This document shows positions 1-13,816 of a stretch of 64,000 nt of DNA, in pieces. The position numbers were made by a program, and so were the translations under genes. This DNA comes from Paragordius varius. Taxonomy: Eukaryota; Animalia; Nematomorpha. Within the stretch, counting starts at the first letter, position 1. Each line of letters opens with the position of its first letter. The notes under the pieces are model-generated. The model saw only the letters and a list, made by a program, of their open reading frames with translations, did not search any database and was not told the DNA's origin. The stretch is taken from contig OZ176053.1 in assembly GCA_964247055.1 (NCBI GenBank), positions 4,030,001-4,094,000 on the forward strand, read 5' to 3'.

Positions 1-2748
1 AATTTAAATTAGAATTTTAAAAAACTACTGAATGAAACGGTCCCAATTTAAATTTATGCTTCTATCCTGATAAAAATTATATAAATATGCCAATATATCT
101 TCATAAAATTTTGTTAAAACCATCTCAAACTATTTCGACGCCATTTTTTTAAAAAAATTTTTTGCAAAATATCGTCTTCATTTAATTTTAAGGGTAAAAC
201 TAAAGCTAAATTTTAATATAAATTACATCTAACATTGATAAAAATACAAAAAGCGGTTTATTGTGTATTTTTTTTAAATTTGCCATTTGACACATGTCAC
301 GTTGACGAAATTTTACCTTTAGGTTTTAGCTTAAAATATTTAATATCAAATATTTTTGGATAAATTTTTTTTTAAATTTAGGTTTATTTATGTTATATAA
401 GTGCAAAATTTTGCCATGGTTGCGATTCCTTCCATACTTTTTAAAGTATTTGATTTTAAACAAGCCTGGGGTATCCAACTACCCCAATTTGAATCAAAGG
501 ACTAAAATGAGTGTGTTGTATCCAAGTGTTAAGCTTTCAAGTTGCATGTGCAAAAGCCAGATAATTATATCTTTAAAAAAGTGTTTAGTTTAATCGGGTT
601 TGGAGTTGTCAATGCTTTTTATCAAATATAGGGAAAAAAGGTTTGATAATCTAACTTTTAATCAAAATACTATAAAAACTGTAGTTTATTTACAAGATTG
701 ACCTCCGGTAAATATAAATACCTCAATATGTAATTGCGCACAAAAAAGTGAAAGATCATCAAGTGTTAATGAGAGGATGCGCTTTTTGCTATATTTCGGT
801 TTTTTCCTGCTCCCTGCTATTTTTTACATAATAGTTTTATGGGTTTTTTAGTGCGAAGTTGTTGGGTTTTGGTGGCTCCCTCTCATATGTATGATTACAT
901 TTACAGTTAATCACATCTTCTTTTAGACTTTGTAAGTTGACTCTTTTTTGTTTCTGCCTCTCGTTACCAGTCTTTAATTACATGGACTTAATCATATGTT
1001 ATTTAGGCTAGTCCGGTTTGCTCACAAAATAATATTAAGCTTTAGACTTACAATTAACGGTGAGCCATGGACTCATATTGAAACACATATCATGTCCTTG
1101 CAAATATACTATACAGACAATAATCCTTACTGAATATCTCAAACTCAAATACAAAAAACACCTACCACCTCTTTATCATTATACAGTATGATGAAACTAC
1201 CGCATTCTCTCCAATCACCGTTTCTTTTTTCCCATAATAATTTCGAATCCATCACAAACAGTTTTTGCTTTTTGTAGACTGCGTAAAGAAGTGTTCTTTT
1301 CATGACATTGGCAACCATATATTTGGTGAAATACCTCTATATAAAGCAATAATATGATGGCTTCACTTCTTGACTTCTAAAAAGAGTGTGAACAAAAACC
1401 TTAACTAGTTTTTGGATAAAAATTACCTGAAAATTTAATTATTAATTATTTCAACGTAATTTATTTATTTTAAGTAGTTTTAATATAGTAGTTTCTATTA
1501 TTGTTTTCATACAATCAACATTTAAAAAAATATTTGTTATCTCGCTCAGTGAAAATCGACTCTAATATTCAACTGGTTGTGTCTGGTATTGCTTTAATAA
1601 ATTAAACAAAATATGCTTGATAATTCTGAACGCATTTGTATGAAATTTAAATCATTTTTAGTTTCACATCATTAGAAAGTCCGAATTAATCCTAAAAATA
1701 TATATAGTGTTTTGGTCTTTAAACATTGATATATTGTTGGCATAGTTTAACAATTTTTCGGGATTCGATAATTTGTAAATTTTTATATTTTAAAAAATAC
1801 AGGTTTCTAATTTTAATATATCAATGTTGATTTGAAATCGAGACATAATAATAAAAATACTTGGATTTTTTAGTATAGAAAAATAATAAAAACAATCATT
1901 GACATGTTGTTAGATAAAGAACAAGAAATGTATGTTAATAAATATTTAATCACAATTATAAGTTGATAGAAATTAGAAACACATAGACCGAAAATTTTTG
2001 TAAAGGGGACGTTTAAATGGCTTCTTGCCAAGTTGAGTAAAGAATAATTTTTGGCATAAAAAATCGATTTTCATACCTTAAAAAACGAAAAAATGGATGC
2101 CACTTGAATCGACTGCGAAGAGTCGGCTCTACAATATACAGAATTTTTAAGATTTGACATGTTGATTAATAAAAATGCTTAAAGATAAATATTTGAGAAG
2201 TTTAAATTGTTTAGAAACCTGACTTTTTTACCTTTCCCAAATCCACCATTTAAACTCATATTCCCTTAATGCAGCAAAAATCTCATGCTGTGCTACCATG
2301 AAAGGGTAACCACGTGACCAGTCTTTTTAATAATTGGGTGCATATTGACTTAAAGCCGCAGTTTCCCCTCCATAAAAGCTCTTTTGCAATTATTGTTAGA
2401 TCTTAACAAGAACTAGACAAAAGGTCTAGTTAACAGATTATAAAAACGGAAGCCAAACCGAAAGTGGAAATAAAAGAGTAGTTGTTCTGAAGATATTAAC
2501 CAGGACTGCAACATGTACAGTAAATATTTATTTTAAAGTTGTCTCAATTTTTTAAAAACAGATTTACAATTAAGAAGAGGAAGTGTAGTATCGATTTTTT
2601 GCGAATTTTGTTTTTTGGGGGTAGGTTTTGGGATGGAACTCTAAAAATGTTGCTATAAAAATAATTCACGATGATACAGGTACATTCAAAATTTATTACC
2701 AATTATGATAACTGATAAACCATCGGTATATAAAGGTAAGCTTTAGCA

Positions 2749-3767
2749 TAGGGGTGTCAAACAATGGCTTGAAGAGCCACATTGGAATTAATATATCAAG
2801 ACATAAGTATCAAGTATGTTTATTATGTAAACATATATAGATGTGTTAAAAAAAATTTGCTTGATTTGATGTTAAATAGTACGAATATGTGTAAAAACAA
2901 AAAATTTGATGAAATGCATGGACAAATAAAATATTTTTAAATCTTTGATAAAAGCACAAGCATAGAATATATCACAATGAATTTTATACGAGAAATTTGA
3001 TGAATTTTTCACAGAAAACAACTTTTAGCCTACTTAAATTCCTGTTGAACTGTGCATAAAATTTTCAAATTATATTTAATACATATGAAAATATATAAGA
3101 AATATATGTATGGGCTACCGAGTAATAATTGCATTAAAAAATCTGACATCTTAATTAAGATCAATTGTAACAATGAACTGCTTGTTTCACCTAGGTTTGA
3201 ACATATTCCTTTTACAAAGACTCATATAGTTTGAAATGTAGTTATTTTTATATCATCCACTTTAAAGCATAAGCAATTCAACGATCTGAAGAATATTGAT
3301 ATCAAATTGGATATTATTTTTAAATAAATAAATATTTTATTCAATAAACTAAATTGATTTTAATCGAGTATAAAGAGGATTTGGGAATAAAGTAAGCTTT
3401 TTATTTTTTTTAAATATCACTGAGAATATATAACTCTAATAATTTGTGTATTGCTAATTAAAAATGGGATTGTGGTTTTCAAAAATATAACTCTTTCGCT
3501 AAATAATTACCAAATAAAGTTTACCAATGGCAAGTAATCTAAATATTTTCAGACTGTAAAGGAAATTGATTAAGTGAATGTGATAAAAAATAATGAAAAA
3601 CGTATTAAAAAATTTTAAGCAAATCAATTAAAAAATTTTACTTTTAAAAATTTTAAAATATAACATCCCCGCTCAAAAATAAAACTTTCTGCTAAAAAAT
3701 TTTTTATCATTCTTTTTAAAGAGCCACTCAAAATTTTTAAACCGGAACTACCTGTTGGACACCCCTG
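2749..3767. mobile_element. Non-autonomous hAT (Charlie/Buster-like) element
   Basis: Inverted ends TAGGGGTGTCAAAC (2749) and GTTGGACACCCCTG (ending 3767). Subterminal GAGCCAC motifs at both ends. Degenerate 8-bp flanks ctttagca/gtttagag. No transposase ORF. Confidence 0.6.
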
Positions 3768-3799
3768 GTTTAGAGTCTCTTTTTTCCTTTTTTATTAAA

Positions 3800-3950
3800 G
3801 GGTAAAGATTAATTGTATGGACTTGTGAAAGTTTAACACTCGCCTGCCCAGGGCTGACAGTAATAAAAAAATTGCGTAGTTTCAGGGTTCGAACTTTGGT
3901 ACGCAGTGTAATAGAAAATCTTAATTAACTATTATTAATGTTAAAAAAAA
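3800..3950 (-). mobile_element. Possible tRNA-derived SINE remnant
   Basis: B-box-like GTTCGAACCC on the minus strand (~3884-3893) in a locally GC-richer patch. No cloverleaf can be folded. Confidence 0.25.
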
Positions 3951-4624
3951 TATTTATTATATAATATTTGGAAACCATTTATCGTATATAATTAGTTGAA
4001 TAATAGAAGAATTTATCAATATTCACAGATGATCATTGTCAAAAACAGATAGAGTGAAAATTGGTTCTGGTATCAAATATAAATAATACAATGCATAATA
4101 TAAATGTCAAGATTAAATACAAATTTCAACATTATATACCAGATTCCATTATTTTTAGCTATTTAATAATATTTATGGCCTGGAGGCTGAAACAATTTAA
4201 CATAAAAAATTTTCCATTAAATAAATTAATCCATGATTTATTTTTATATTTAATTGCATATTTTGAATGACGAATTTATAACATTTTTGGTATTTTTAGT
4301 GTAGTTTTTAATGTGTCATCCTACGTCTATTTACATGATATTTTTACATATTAATTGAATATTTATTTTTATTATGATTTTATTACATAGTAGGAGTAAT
4401 AATGTGCAATTCATTGTGATAGTTTTTAGCTAAATGAGACGTATTAGTATAATATTTACATTCCTGCTATGATTTGGAATGGCAAATAACTTTAACATAA
4501 TAAATAAATAAATTTATACCAGATACCATTTATTTTTTCTTGTAAAACTCTTGATTAAAACATAAAATATTTGTTTTACAATTCCAAATCCATTATTTAT
4601 AACTAAAAGAAAAATCACAAAAAA

Positions 4625-7600
4625 ATGTCGGTGTTAAAATGGCTCATAGTGTACTTAATTACAGTCATTATCACTACAACAAACTCAATTGCTGGACTTT
4701 ATGGTGAAAAATCGATTGTGAAAACTAACAATGCATTGATAGCAAATTCTAACCCTATCGAGGAAACATCGACCGATGTACCTCCTATTGATTCTTTTTA
4801 TGATCCTAAAGCTTTTTCAACCCAAATGCCAAACACCATAAAAATAGGTAATAACATCAGCAGTAATCAAAATTTAACGGATGACATAAGGCTTTTTATC
4901 TTAAAGTCAATAAACACAACGAAATCAACACAAAACAATGGAAACAATCGAACCATATTGGCCATTATGAAAGAGGTGTTGAAAAGCAATAATGATACTG
5001 ATAAAATAATTACAACTACATCTAAAACTCATGTAAACGACTCTGCAATCATTAAAACAAATAGAAAGTTTGTACATGGATTTGTTGATAAATCTTTGCC
5101 AGCTATTCGAGGAAAAAGAAGCGTCACAACTTCAACATTAGCTATCCGTAACCTTAATGAAAATCTTAACGGCGTAACTGATAAGTGTATGAAACCGTTT
5201 TGTATTAGTCTATCAGCACGTATTCTTAACAACATTGATGATTCCGTTGACCCGTGCGAAGATTTTTATGAATATGCTTGTGGGGGATGGAAAAAAATTC
5301 ATGAGCCACAAATCATATATGGGAAAAATAGTTGGGACCAATTTAAAGAGATAAATCAAAAAAATAAAATATTCTTCAAGCATGTTTTGGGTATTATTGA
5401 CAAAAAATAGATATTAAACGAGTATTGTAAATTTATATAAAAAATGATTCCTTCATAATACTATGCTGCACATATTTATAAAAATTATATTTTTTATAAC
5501 ATCTTACAGATAGTGATGATTAGGCTTTAAAGGAAAATTCTAAATCAAAGCCAGTTTTGATAAATTTTGAGTTATATACAATTAATTATTTGGTTAATTT
5601 GATAAAATAAAGATTTTACATACCTTCATACCTTAAATTATATACTTAATGTATCATTTAAGTATACCATTTATATATAACACTAGACATCAAATTTTGA
5701 CTTTTTGTTATCCCCCGTTTATGACTAGATCACCTTTTATCTTTGATTTAGAAAACAGCCGTTTTAAATATTAGTTATTATAGGTACTTTTTCAAATAAT
5801 TTACAAGCACTAACATGTTTGATTATTTAATTTTACAAGATTTAGGGTCATAAACTTTTGGTATTATCTGAGGACAGTTTGGTTACAATTATAAATATTT
5901 TTGCTTTTCGTATGAGTGAAATGGAGTAATTTTATCTACCAGGCTATAATATGCATTCTTTGTTATATATTTTTATATAAAAACACTTTTCCTTTTTAAG
6001 ATTCTCACCCTTTAAAACGACCATCAAAAAATTGTTGATCGCTTATAGTTTGTAAAAAAAGGGAGTCTATATTCTATTATTAAACCATTTTATTCCCCAC
6101 CGAATTTATTATTTGTTTATAAACGAATATGTATAAAATATAACTTTACAGAATCCCTTAACGAAACGGATAGTTGGGCTTTAAAACAAGCCCAGTTGTA
6201 TTATCATTCTTGTTTGGATACCAATACTTTGAATGAACTGGGCCTAAAACCCATGGAGGATTTAATGAAACGCTACAAGGGTTGGTATCCAATAGATCCT
6301 GAGTTACCTAAATCAGGCTCAAAAATCGGCGAAAAACTTGCGATTAAGAAAAAACCCAATACTAGTGTCCAATTTTGCAAGGATGTCATGAATAACCTGA
6401 TAAATATAACACAAGATTTAGGATATTCCATGTTTTTTAGTATCAATGTTGTCAAAGATGACAAGAATTCATCTATAAACATCCTAAGTTTATCAGAAGG
6501 TTCAATCATATTGGGTAACCGTGAATTTTATCTCCGTAATCTAAGTTTGAATGAAACATTGTTTATGCGACATAATACAATTCTTTATGTTTATTACCAA
6601 TGTGCAACGGCCCTGTTGAAAGTCATGTTCCCTCAATACAAAATTACTATGGATAGAACAATGCAAGAAATAATTGAGTTGGAAGTTGTATTAGCATTGG
6701 TATGTTTTTATTAATTTTGCACATAACTTTGAAAGAAGTTTCGGAATTCGGATATTTTGTGTAACGTCATAAAGTTTTATAATTTTAAAAAACAAAAGGA
6801 AAAGAGTTAAATATTTTTAAGAACATAATTACAGCTTGAATTTTTTAAATAGTCGAGAAACTGAATATAATCCCGGTAAATTTAAAGAACATAAGTTTTG
6901 GGTTTCGCTAAATTTTAATTCATGCTCTATTATCGCAAAAGTTTGGTAAAGAGGGAATTATAATTATGCAAAACTTTTGTCCATATATTTTGTTTTAATA
7001 TAGTTTATTTTAAAAATCCGGTCAGTTTTATTTGGTTTTTATCTAATGTATCTTTTTAAAAACATGATCCAATTATTCTTGTTATTGGTTCAAAATTTTA
7101 TATCATTGTGATGTTAAATTTTAACAAAATCAATGGTATTAATTTTTTTTAAATTTTTAATATACAATAGAAACAAACTTATAGGACAATAAAATTTAAA
7201 TTACGCAAATATAACTGATAATAAAATTTTATTATGAAATAAAACAATAAAAACTACCATTATAATTTTGAAAACTTGCGCGCCACAGAAAAAGTCTAGA
7301 GGCCGCATGTTCAGCCCCGCTTTAACACTCCATTACCTTTTGGGGTAGTTTTATATCCAAGAGCGAGTTAAAATTTGAATATCTTAAAAAGTTTCTAAGG
7401 TATTAAGCTGAATTTAAAAATATGCTTTCTTTAGACTTTTAGGCGCTATACAATTTAATTTTAAAAAATTGTAAAATTTTGAAAATCTTCATCTCATACT
7501 TTTTTGCCCCCATTTTCTTTCCATAAATTTTTTTAATCGCTAAAACAGGCAAATAAATATATATAATGGTTAGAAAGGTTAAAAATAAACTTCAAAAGCT

Positions 7601-10600
7601 TTCAGAATTGTGTTTTAAAGCTGTCCCAATTTTAGACTCTATAAATTACAAAACTGTAATAAATAAGCTTTTTTAGCTCATGAGAGAACAATGTTTAATA
7701 ATCAAATTTTGATTAACATAATTTTACTGTAGTTTATAAAATTGTACTCTGAGATATAAAACTCTCCTATATGTATAGGACAAAGTGAAAAGGTAATTTT
7801 TAAGGAAAATATAATATACTTGCCTTTATATTTATTTTTTAAATTTGTTTTTACATGAATTTCAATAAAGTATTCATTTTTTTATATGCAAGATCAAAAA
7901 ACCGTATGCTGGGACTCAAGATTTGTCACATAGTTACAACCCTATGACGACAAAAGAATTGGATGAAAAATATAATTTTGTAAATTAGATTTAAATTACA
8001 GTATGAGCAAGTATACATTGCTAGAAAAACGTTATTAATTATTGCCAAATAGCATATCCAACAAAAGGCACTATTATTGGCATTTAGTTATTTTTTTTCA
8101 GTTTTTACTATTATTAGCCAATAATAATTCTCTTTGATGCATATGCTATTTTGCAATTAATGAAAAACTAACAATGTATACTTATTCATACTGTAATATA
8201 TATGTGTATATAAAATTATTCTTACAAATTATCATTCCATTTTATAAGATTAATTGGACAGAATATTTCCATGTCTTATTAAAAAAATCTCAAATAAACC
8301 TGTTACCAACGGACAAAGTCATTGTAACATCACCTGAATATTTTGAAAAATTAACGCATTTTATGAAAGAATATATGACTACGGAACATAATTGCAAGTA
8401 ATTATAAGTTATTTTTAGTCTTTTGTGTTAAAAAAATAAAATTAACCCCATCACACCCTATCTGATATAAAGATATGTAATGTACTTTTTAATAAAATTT
8501 AGAGCTATATTCTAAAATATTTATCTTTAAATGTAAAAAGGAGCCATATGTTTTAAAAAAATTAATTTTGGGTAAAAAATGTTTTTGCATTTCACTTACC
8601 GAACGGGTAAATCACATTTTAATAATAAAACCAAAAAAGCCATGTGCAAAACTAAGCTTTACCAGACATAACTGATTCTTTAGTTCAATGTTTTACATTT
8701 TAAACCACCATATACAATTTTTTACAAAATTTTATTAAATACTTATTTTATTTCAAAAAATGTAATTTTATGACTTTCTTCAAATGTCGGAGCTTATTTA
8801 AATAAAAGCTTTAAAATTTTAATTTCCGGAGTTTTAGCCCTTTCATGATTAAAGCTTATTATAAAACAGATTGTTTCAAGTCAGTTTTTTTGCTATATGC
8901 AACGTGACCCACAAATTTTTTAAATTTGGTTAATCCAAAAATACGCACTATGATATATAAATAAACAACTATCCCATCAAATTAGCGTATGTTTAGAGAA
9001 GATTTTAATAAATTTTTAATTAATAAAAGTACATTTCGTGAGAGTGTAGGTCATAGGACAGAGGTAAAAAAACTGTTATTACTTTTTGTCTAACATATCT
9101 CTATAATTTGATTGGCTCAAACAGTGGTGTTTAGGTTAGATGGATATTTTCGTATTATATTTTTCAGACAATTTTTCTATATTTTCATAAAGCATAATAA
9201 TTTTTTTTTTAAATTATAATTAGAATCGTTCAAAACTATATGATGTGGTTTACGGCGACACAAACGATTGGCCATATTTCACATAAATATTTGGATTTGG
9301 TAAAACCGCTTTTTGAGGCTTTAGTTGGGGAACAACTTGATGTTTTGAGGTGGGAAACATGCGTAGATGAAACAAATAGAATATTTGGAACACCACTTAG
9401 TGTGGCCTTTCTCCAACACGAATTCAAAAATTTGAGTAAAGAAAAGGTTTGCTATTATTAGAAAAACTACTTTAAAATCTTTTTTTTCATTGAACTTTCA
9501 CCTTAATCAATTATAACTTTTAAGTTTATATATTCAAATCAAAATATTTTTAAATTAGCAGACGATAAGTCCGAATCGGATATTTATTAAGCGTTAAATA
9601 TTTTAATAGCTTATTTCCTCAAAATTTTTAATGGATGAACTAGAAATAAAATAAATAATATGGAACAATATTTTTAAATACAAAATATAAATAATGATAG
9701 AATATGATATCGGTGATTTAAATTATTTACTTAAAATTAAATCGATATACTTAATTTTGATACTCTAAATGCAGACATCTAGAAAATATATAGTAAAATG
9801 CTATAAAACAAAACCTATTTTATTTTAAGTAACTAGGCTATGTACCTTAAAAAGCTTTGACTTAATTTACGAATATTGAGAATCATTAATAACCGGAATA
9901 GTAAATTTTCCCCAATTTCGTTCAAATCATTTTAAATTAAAAGATTTTCGTTAAGCGTAAATAAAAATTGACACTTTATAATATTATTTAGCGTAATTTA
10001 CATATTTATGGAAATTGTTACTGTAAATAAAAGTCATTGATGATCACTATTGGAGCGAAACATGGCATCAAAAAATGGTGCTACAAGTTTTTCTATAAGT
10101 TTCAAAACAATTTAAAGTCTTAATTCTCATACATACTGTTTCAAACACATATATATATATATATATATATATGCATAATTAATATATTATTTACTGATAG
10201 GCCGAAATCCTGATCGAACGCATCAAACTTGCGTTCAAAAACAATCTGGCCAATGTCGATTGGATGGATTCAGAAACTAAAAAATCTGCTAGCAAAAAGG
10301 TAATCACCTTTTTTATAACAACTTGTGAATTTGTAGGTAACATAATATAATTTGTAAAACTAATTTTCCATTAATAACTTTTAAATAAATATGTTCGTTT
10401 AATATGTAATGTTTTTAGGCCGATGCTATTGAAAGCAAAGTTGGATACCCATCTTACATCTTTAACAAAACATTCATTGATTCCATGTTTAAAGTTTAAC
10501 AAAGCTCTAATTTTAGTATAATTTTTCGAATTCAACCTATTTCAAGAACATAATAGCCTTAAAAATGAGCAAACGTCGCCGATATTTTACACAATTACGG

Positions 10601-12130
10601 AAGCTGCACAATAAATCAAGGTTTAAATAATTCAACCAATTATTAATTTTTGTAAATGTTTTAGCTTTATGCGTATTAAATGATTTTAGCTGGTTTGTTG
10701 CGCCATCAACCGTAAATGGTTTTTATTCCTTTGTGGGAAACGAAATGAGTATGAATTTTTATATTTTTATTTTAATTATATATATCCATTGCAAAAATTA
10801 TTTTAATAATTTTAAGGGTTTTATAAAATGTACAATAATGGTCAAATACCTGAACAACGGATATTTTGTTAAATGGTTATCAAAAATTTTTGGGAAATTT
10901 TAAAGAAAATATTAGATATTCCTATTCTGATTTTAAATATAAAAAGTGTTCGATAATATATATATAATATTCTAAGTTTTTCCAATTGCATAATGTTCTT
11001 TGTCATACCCTTAAAATTTTTATTTATAAATAGCTGTTTTCCAAATTTTACGATTGCATTTTTTTAAATTTTTTTTAACATAAATATACAACCGTGACAA
11101 TTTTTAACTTAAAAATTATAGTTTTTCCTGCTGGTATCCTGCAATCTCCATTGTATGATAAGGATTTCCCAAAGTATTTTATTATCCAAATAAAATTTAG
11201 ACCATTGAATTATGGCTCAATTGGATTTGTGATTGGTCATGAGCTTACTCATGCATTCGATAGCACCGGTATATTTCCTAAATTTTAATTAAAAACATGA
11301 ATGCTATAATATATAAACCCAAAGGTCGACAATATGATACGGACGGACATCTCTTTCAATGGTGGAATAATAAGACTATACAAAATTTCAAACATAAAAC
11401 TAAATGTTTTCAAGATCATTACTCGTCTTTAGCTGTGGAAGGGTCAAATGTATGTAAATTCATTTGAGAATTATTGATTTGCATTGTAAATTGTTTGTAA
11501 TCATATAAAAGGGAATAACTCTAAAATATTTATGGTGTTTTTTAAGACATTTAAATGGTCTTAGTTAAACGTTGCATAATAAGCAATACATTCGGTGTTT
11601 TGAAAGCTAACCTAAAGCTTATGATTAAATTTAATTTGGGTACGATGATCCATTAATCGTTAATTAAATTAAATGCTTAACACTTTTTCTAGTTATAATG
11701 CAGCTTAAAACTATAATAATATAATGCCAACAAACTTTAAATAATATAATATTGTTAACCGCCACATATTCCTTAAATATATTTTTTTCGGAATTTGAGC
11801 CTAAATTGCTTGAAAAAAGAGTTTAAACAATTTTCCGGTGTTTTTTTAATGAATACTTGTTATCGAATGTCGTATATAGGTTTTAGTTTAAATTTAATCA
11901 AAGTTAGACTGTGACCGCTTGTAAAAATAACCATATAAAACTTTTTAACATATGTTTATCATACTATAATTTAATGTAAAAAAATTATAATAAATAAACA
12001 ATAAATGATTTCATAATTCAATTTTATTTTTTATTATATTTAAAACATTTCCAAATAATTCCAACAGAATGACTGCATTTATAATAGGTCTAACAGTATT
12101 TTTTTCACCGGTCAAAAACCTGACCCTGGT

Positions 12131-12215
<85 letters not shown>

Positions 12216-12891
12216 TAGATAAATATATAAAAAGAAATGATATTCAAAATTTATAAGAAAAACTGAGAAATTTACAAATTCATCATTTTTAAAGTTAATT
12301 AATAATTAATTTAAAATATAAAATTTTTTTTGGCGTTCAACACTTATGGCGTCTGACAGAATTTTTTTGATAAACACGCTGAAAAATTTTCTACACACCA
12401 TACTATTAATTGTCTTTCATGTTTAACATATATTAGATCAATAACAATAGAACTTTGGATGAAAATATTGCCGATGATGGAGGTCTAAAATTATCGTATC
12501 AGGTAGTAGTGATTATTTTTATAACATTATGTTATCAAGGTAGGTAAATATTTTTTTATGCCATTCTCTATTACGCCCCCAATGTATCGTTGCGTAAAAA
12601 TTGAAATTATGCAGACAAAACGGAAAAATATAAAACAAATATTTTTATCTAAAGATAACCATACTAAACCTTAATTTTTTCCACATTAGCTATTTAATTA
12701 CAATCGTAAAATATAAAACTGATTGGGTTAGAAATATATTTTACGATCTCAAACTTTGACATTTAAACAATGAGTCATATTCAAAAAATCAAGATTTAAA
12801 AAGTATGGTTGTCTTTTAATAAATAATTTGTTTTTGAATTTTTACGTTTTGTCTATATAATTTCATTTTTTTATTGTAATATAAATGCTTA

Positions 12892-12936
<45 letters not shown>

Positions 12937-13505
12937 AGGCTTTATTTATGATTTCAGGCCATGATGAATGATATGAATGCCGCTGAATTAAACAGTTCAG
13001 TGAATTTGCCAGGCATAAATTTTACACCAGCTCAACTATTTTATATCGGCTTTGCCCAAGCTTTCTGTGCAATTCAAACTAAAAAATATAATGATTATTT
13101 AATATTAACGGATGAGCATAGTCGACCTAAAGCCAGGTAAATTTAAAATACAAATTTTAATATAAATATTATTCACATACCTCATACATTAATTAAATAC
13201 ATAATAAGTTTTAGCATACAATATGATATCGCCCGATTTTAGATATTCAGTTTTTTTGTAAATTTTATTTTAAACATGCATTCAAGACAATATAATTTAA
13301 ATAAAAACCAAAGAATTTATTTTAATAAAAAACCAAAGGATATATATACCTTAATCAAAATTTAAGGATAGACTAATTTATTTTTAATTTTTATAAATAA
13401 AATAGAATCATCGGAGCAGTTTCAAATAATCCATACTTTCCAGAGGCTTTTAACTGTCCTATTGGTTCTCCCATGAATCCAAAAAGAAAATGTCAATTAT
13501 GGTAG
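4625..13505 (+). CDS. M13 family (neprilysin/endothelin-converting enzyme-like) zinc metallopeptidase, 15 exons, 899 aa
   Basis: Exons: 4625-5390, 6152-6699, 7893-7979, 8249-8397, 9224-9446, 10201-10299, 10419-10493, 10517-10620, 10690-10748, 11122-11173, 11201-11268, 11325-11449, 12437-12502, 12958-13136, 13406-13505. Total 2700 nt, all GT-AG, phases consistent. Motifs: [38 protein letters not shown] (HExxH), ENIADDGG (third Zn ligand), TDEHS...R, and terminal [18 protein letters not shown]. Confidence 0.96.
8441..9066. mobile_element. Degenerate inverted-repeat element (piggyBac-like MITE?) in M13 intron 4
   Basis: Begins TTAACCCC. The left segment CCTAT...AATGTACTTTTTAATAAAATTT is partly mirrored by AAATTTT...AAAAGTACATT...ATAGG near 9010-9060. 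Heavily decayed. Confidence 0.3.
12134..12215. repeat. (TA)n microsatellite, longest in the window
   Basis: About 80 bp of near-perfect TA; it produces the spurious MYIYIYI ORF. Other tracts lie at ~10150, 12896, 17688, 21475, 23396, 29613, 37499, 49882, 50452, 52877, 56297 and 56651. Confidence 0.95.
12592..12876. mobile_element. MITE family B (pogo/Tc1-mariner-like), degenerate copy
   Basis: About 70-bp imperfect TIRs (GAAATTAT..GACAAAACG...AACCATACT / AGTATGGTT...CGTTTTGTC..ATAATTTC). The interior matches the reverse complement of the copy at 49026. Confidence 0.7.
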
Positions 13506-13816
13506 CAAACATAAAATAAAACTTCTCTAATCATATTACATCATACCTCATAGTGTCACCATACCAAAAAATATTATTTATAAGTTTTATTTTTTGAATT
13601 ACATTACATTATATTGTATAGTTTGTGACGGATAAATAAATTGTTTTATAAAATAATATGGATATTAACAAAATTGTCCCTATATGTGTCCTGCGTGGTC
13701 AATGCTATAAATAAAAGTTATAATATGCGTTGCAATTTTGTATTATATATTAACCACCGGGTGAAAAACTTTAAATATAAAATCTTGTGAATTTTTGAGC
13801 ACTACAATATGAGCCT

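Noticed and set aside
400-1400. Possible decayed Tc1-like transposase on the minus strand (fragments IIALYRGIS, PWLTVNCKSK, WIPQACLK..KSM)
   Set aside because: Only short, low-identity fragments in different frames. No DDE residues or TIRs could be placed, and the best fragment also resembles a hAT terminus (CTGGGGTATCCAAC). It needs tBLASTx or an HMM search.
2000-2520. GC-richer patch with a CACGTG box and an AACTAGAC/GTCTAGTT hairpin (2411-2431) as an ncRNA or gene
   Set aside because: No recognisable RNA family motifs and stops in all frames. It is most likely unidentifiable TE debris.
7270-7325. GGCCGCATGTTCAGCCCC as another hAT end
   Set aside because: It resembles a hAT right terminus, but no matching left end or TSD was found.
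12011-12205. ORF MYIYIYI... and similar YI-repeat ORFs
   Set aside because: These are translations of (TA)n microsatellites.
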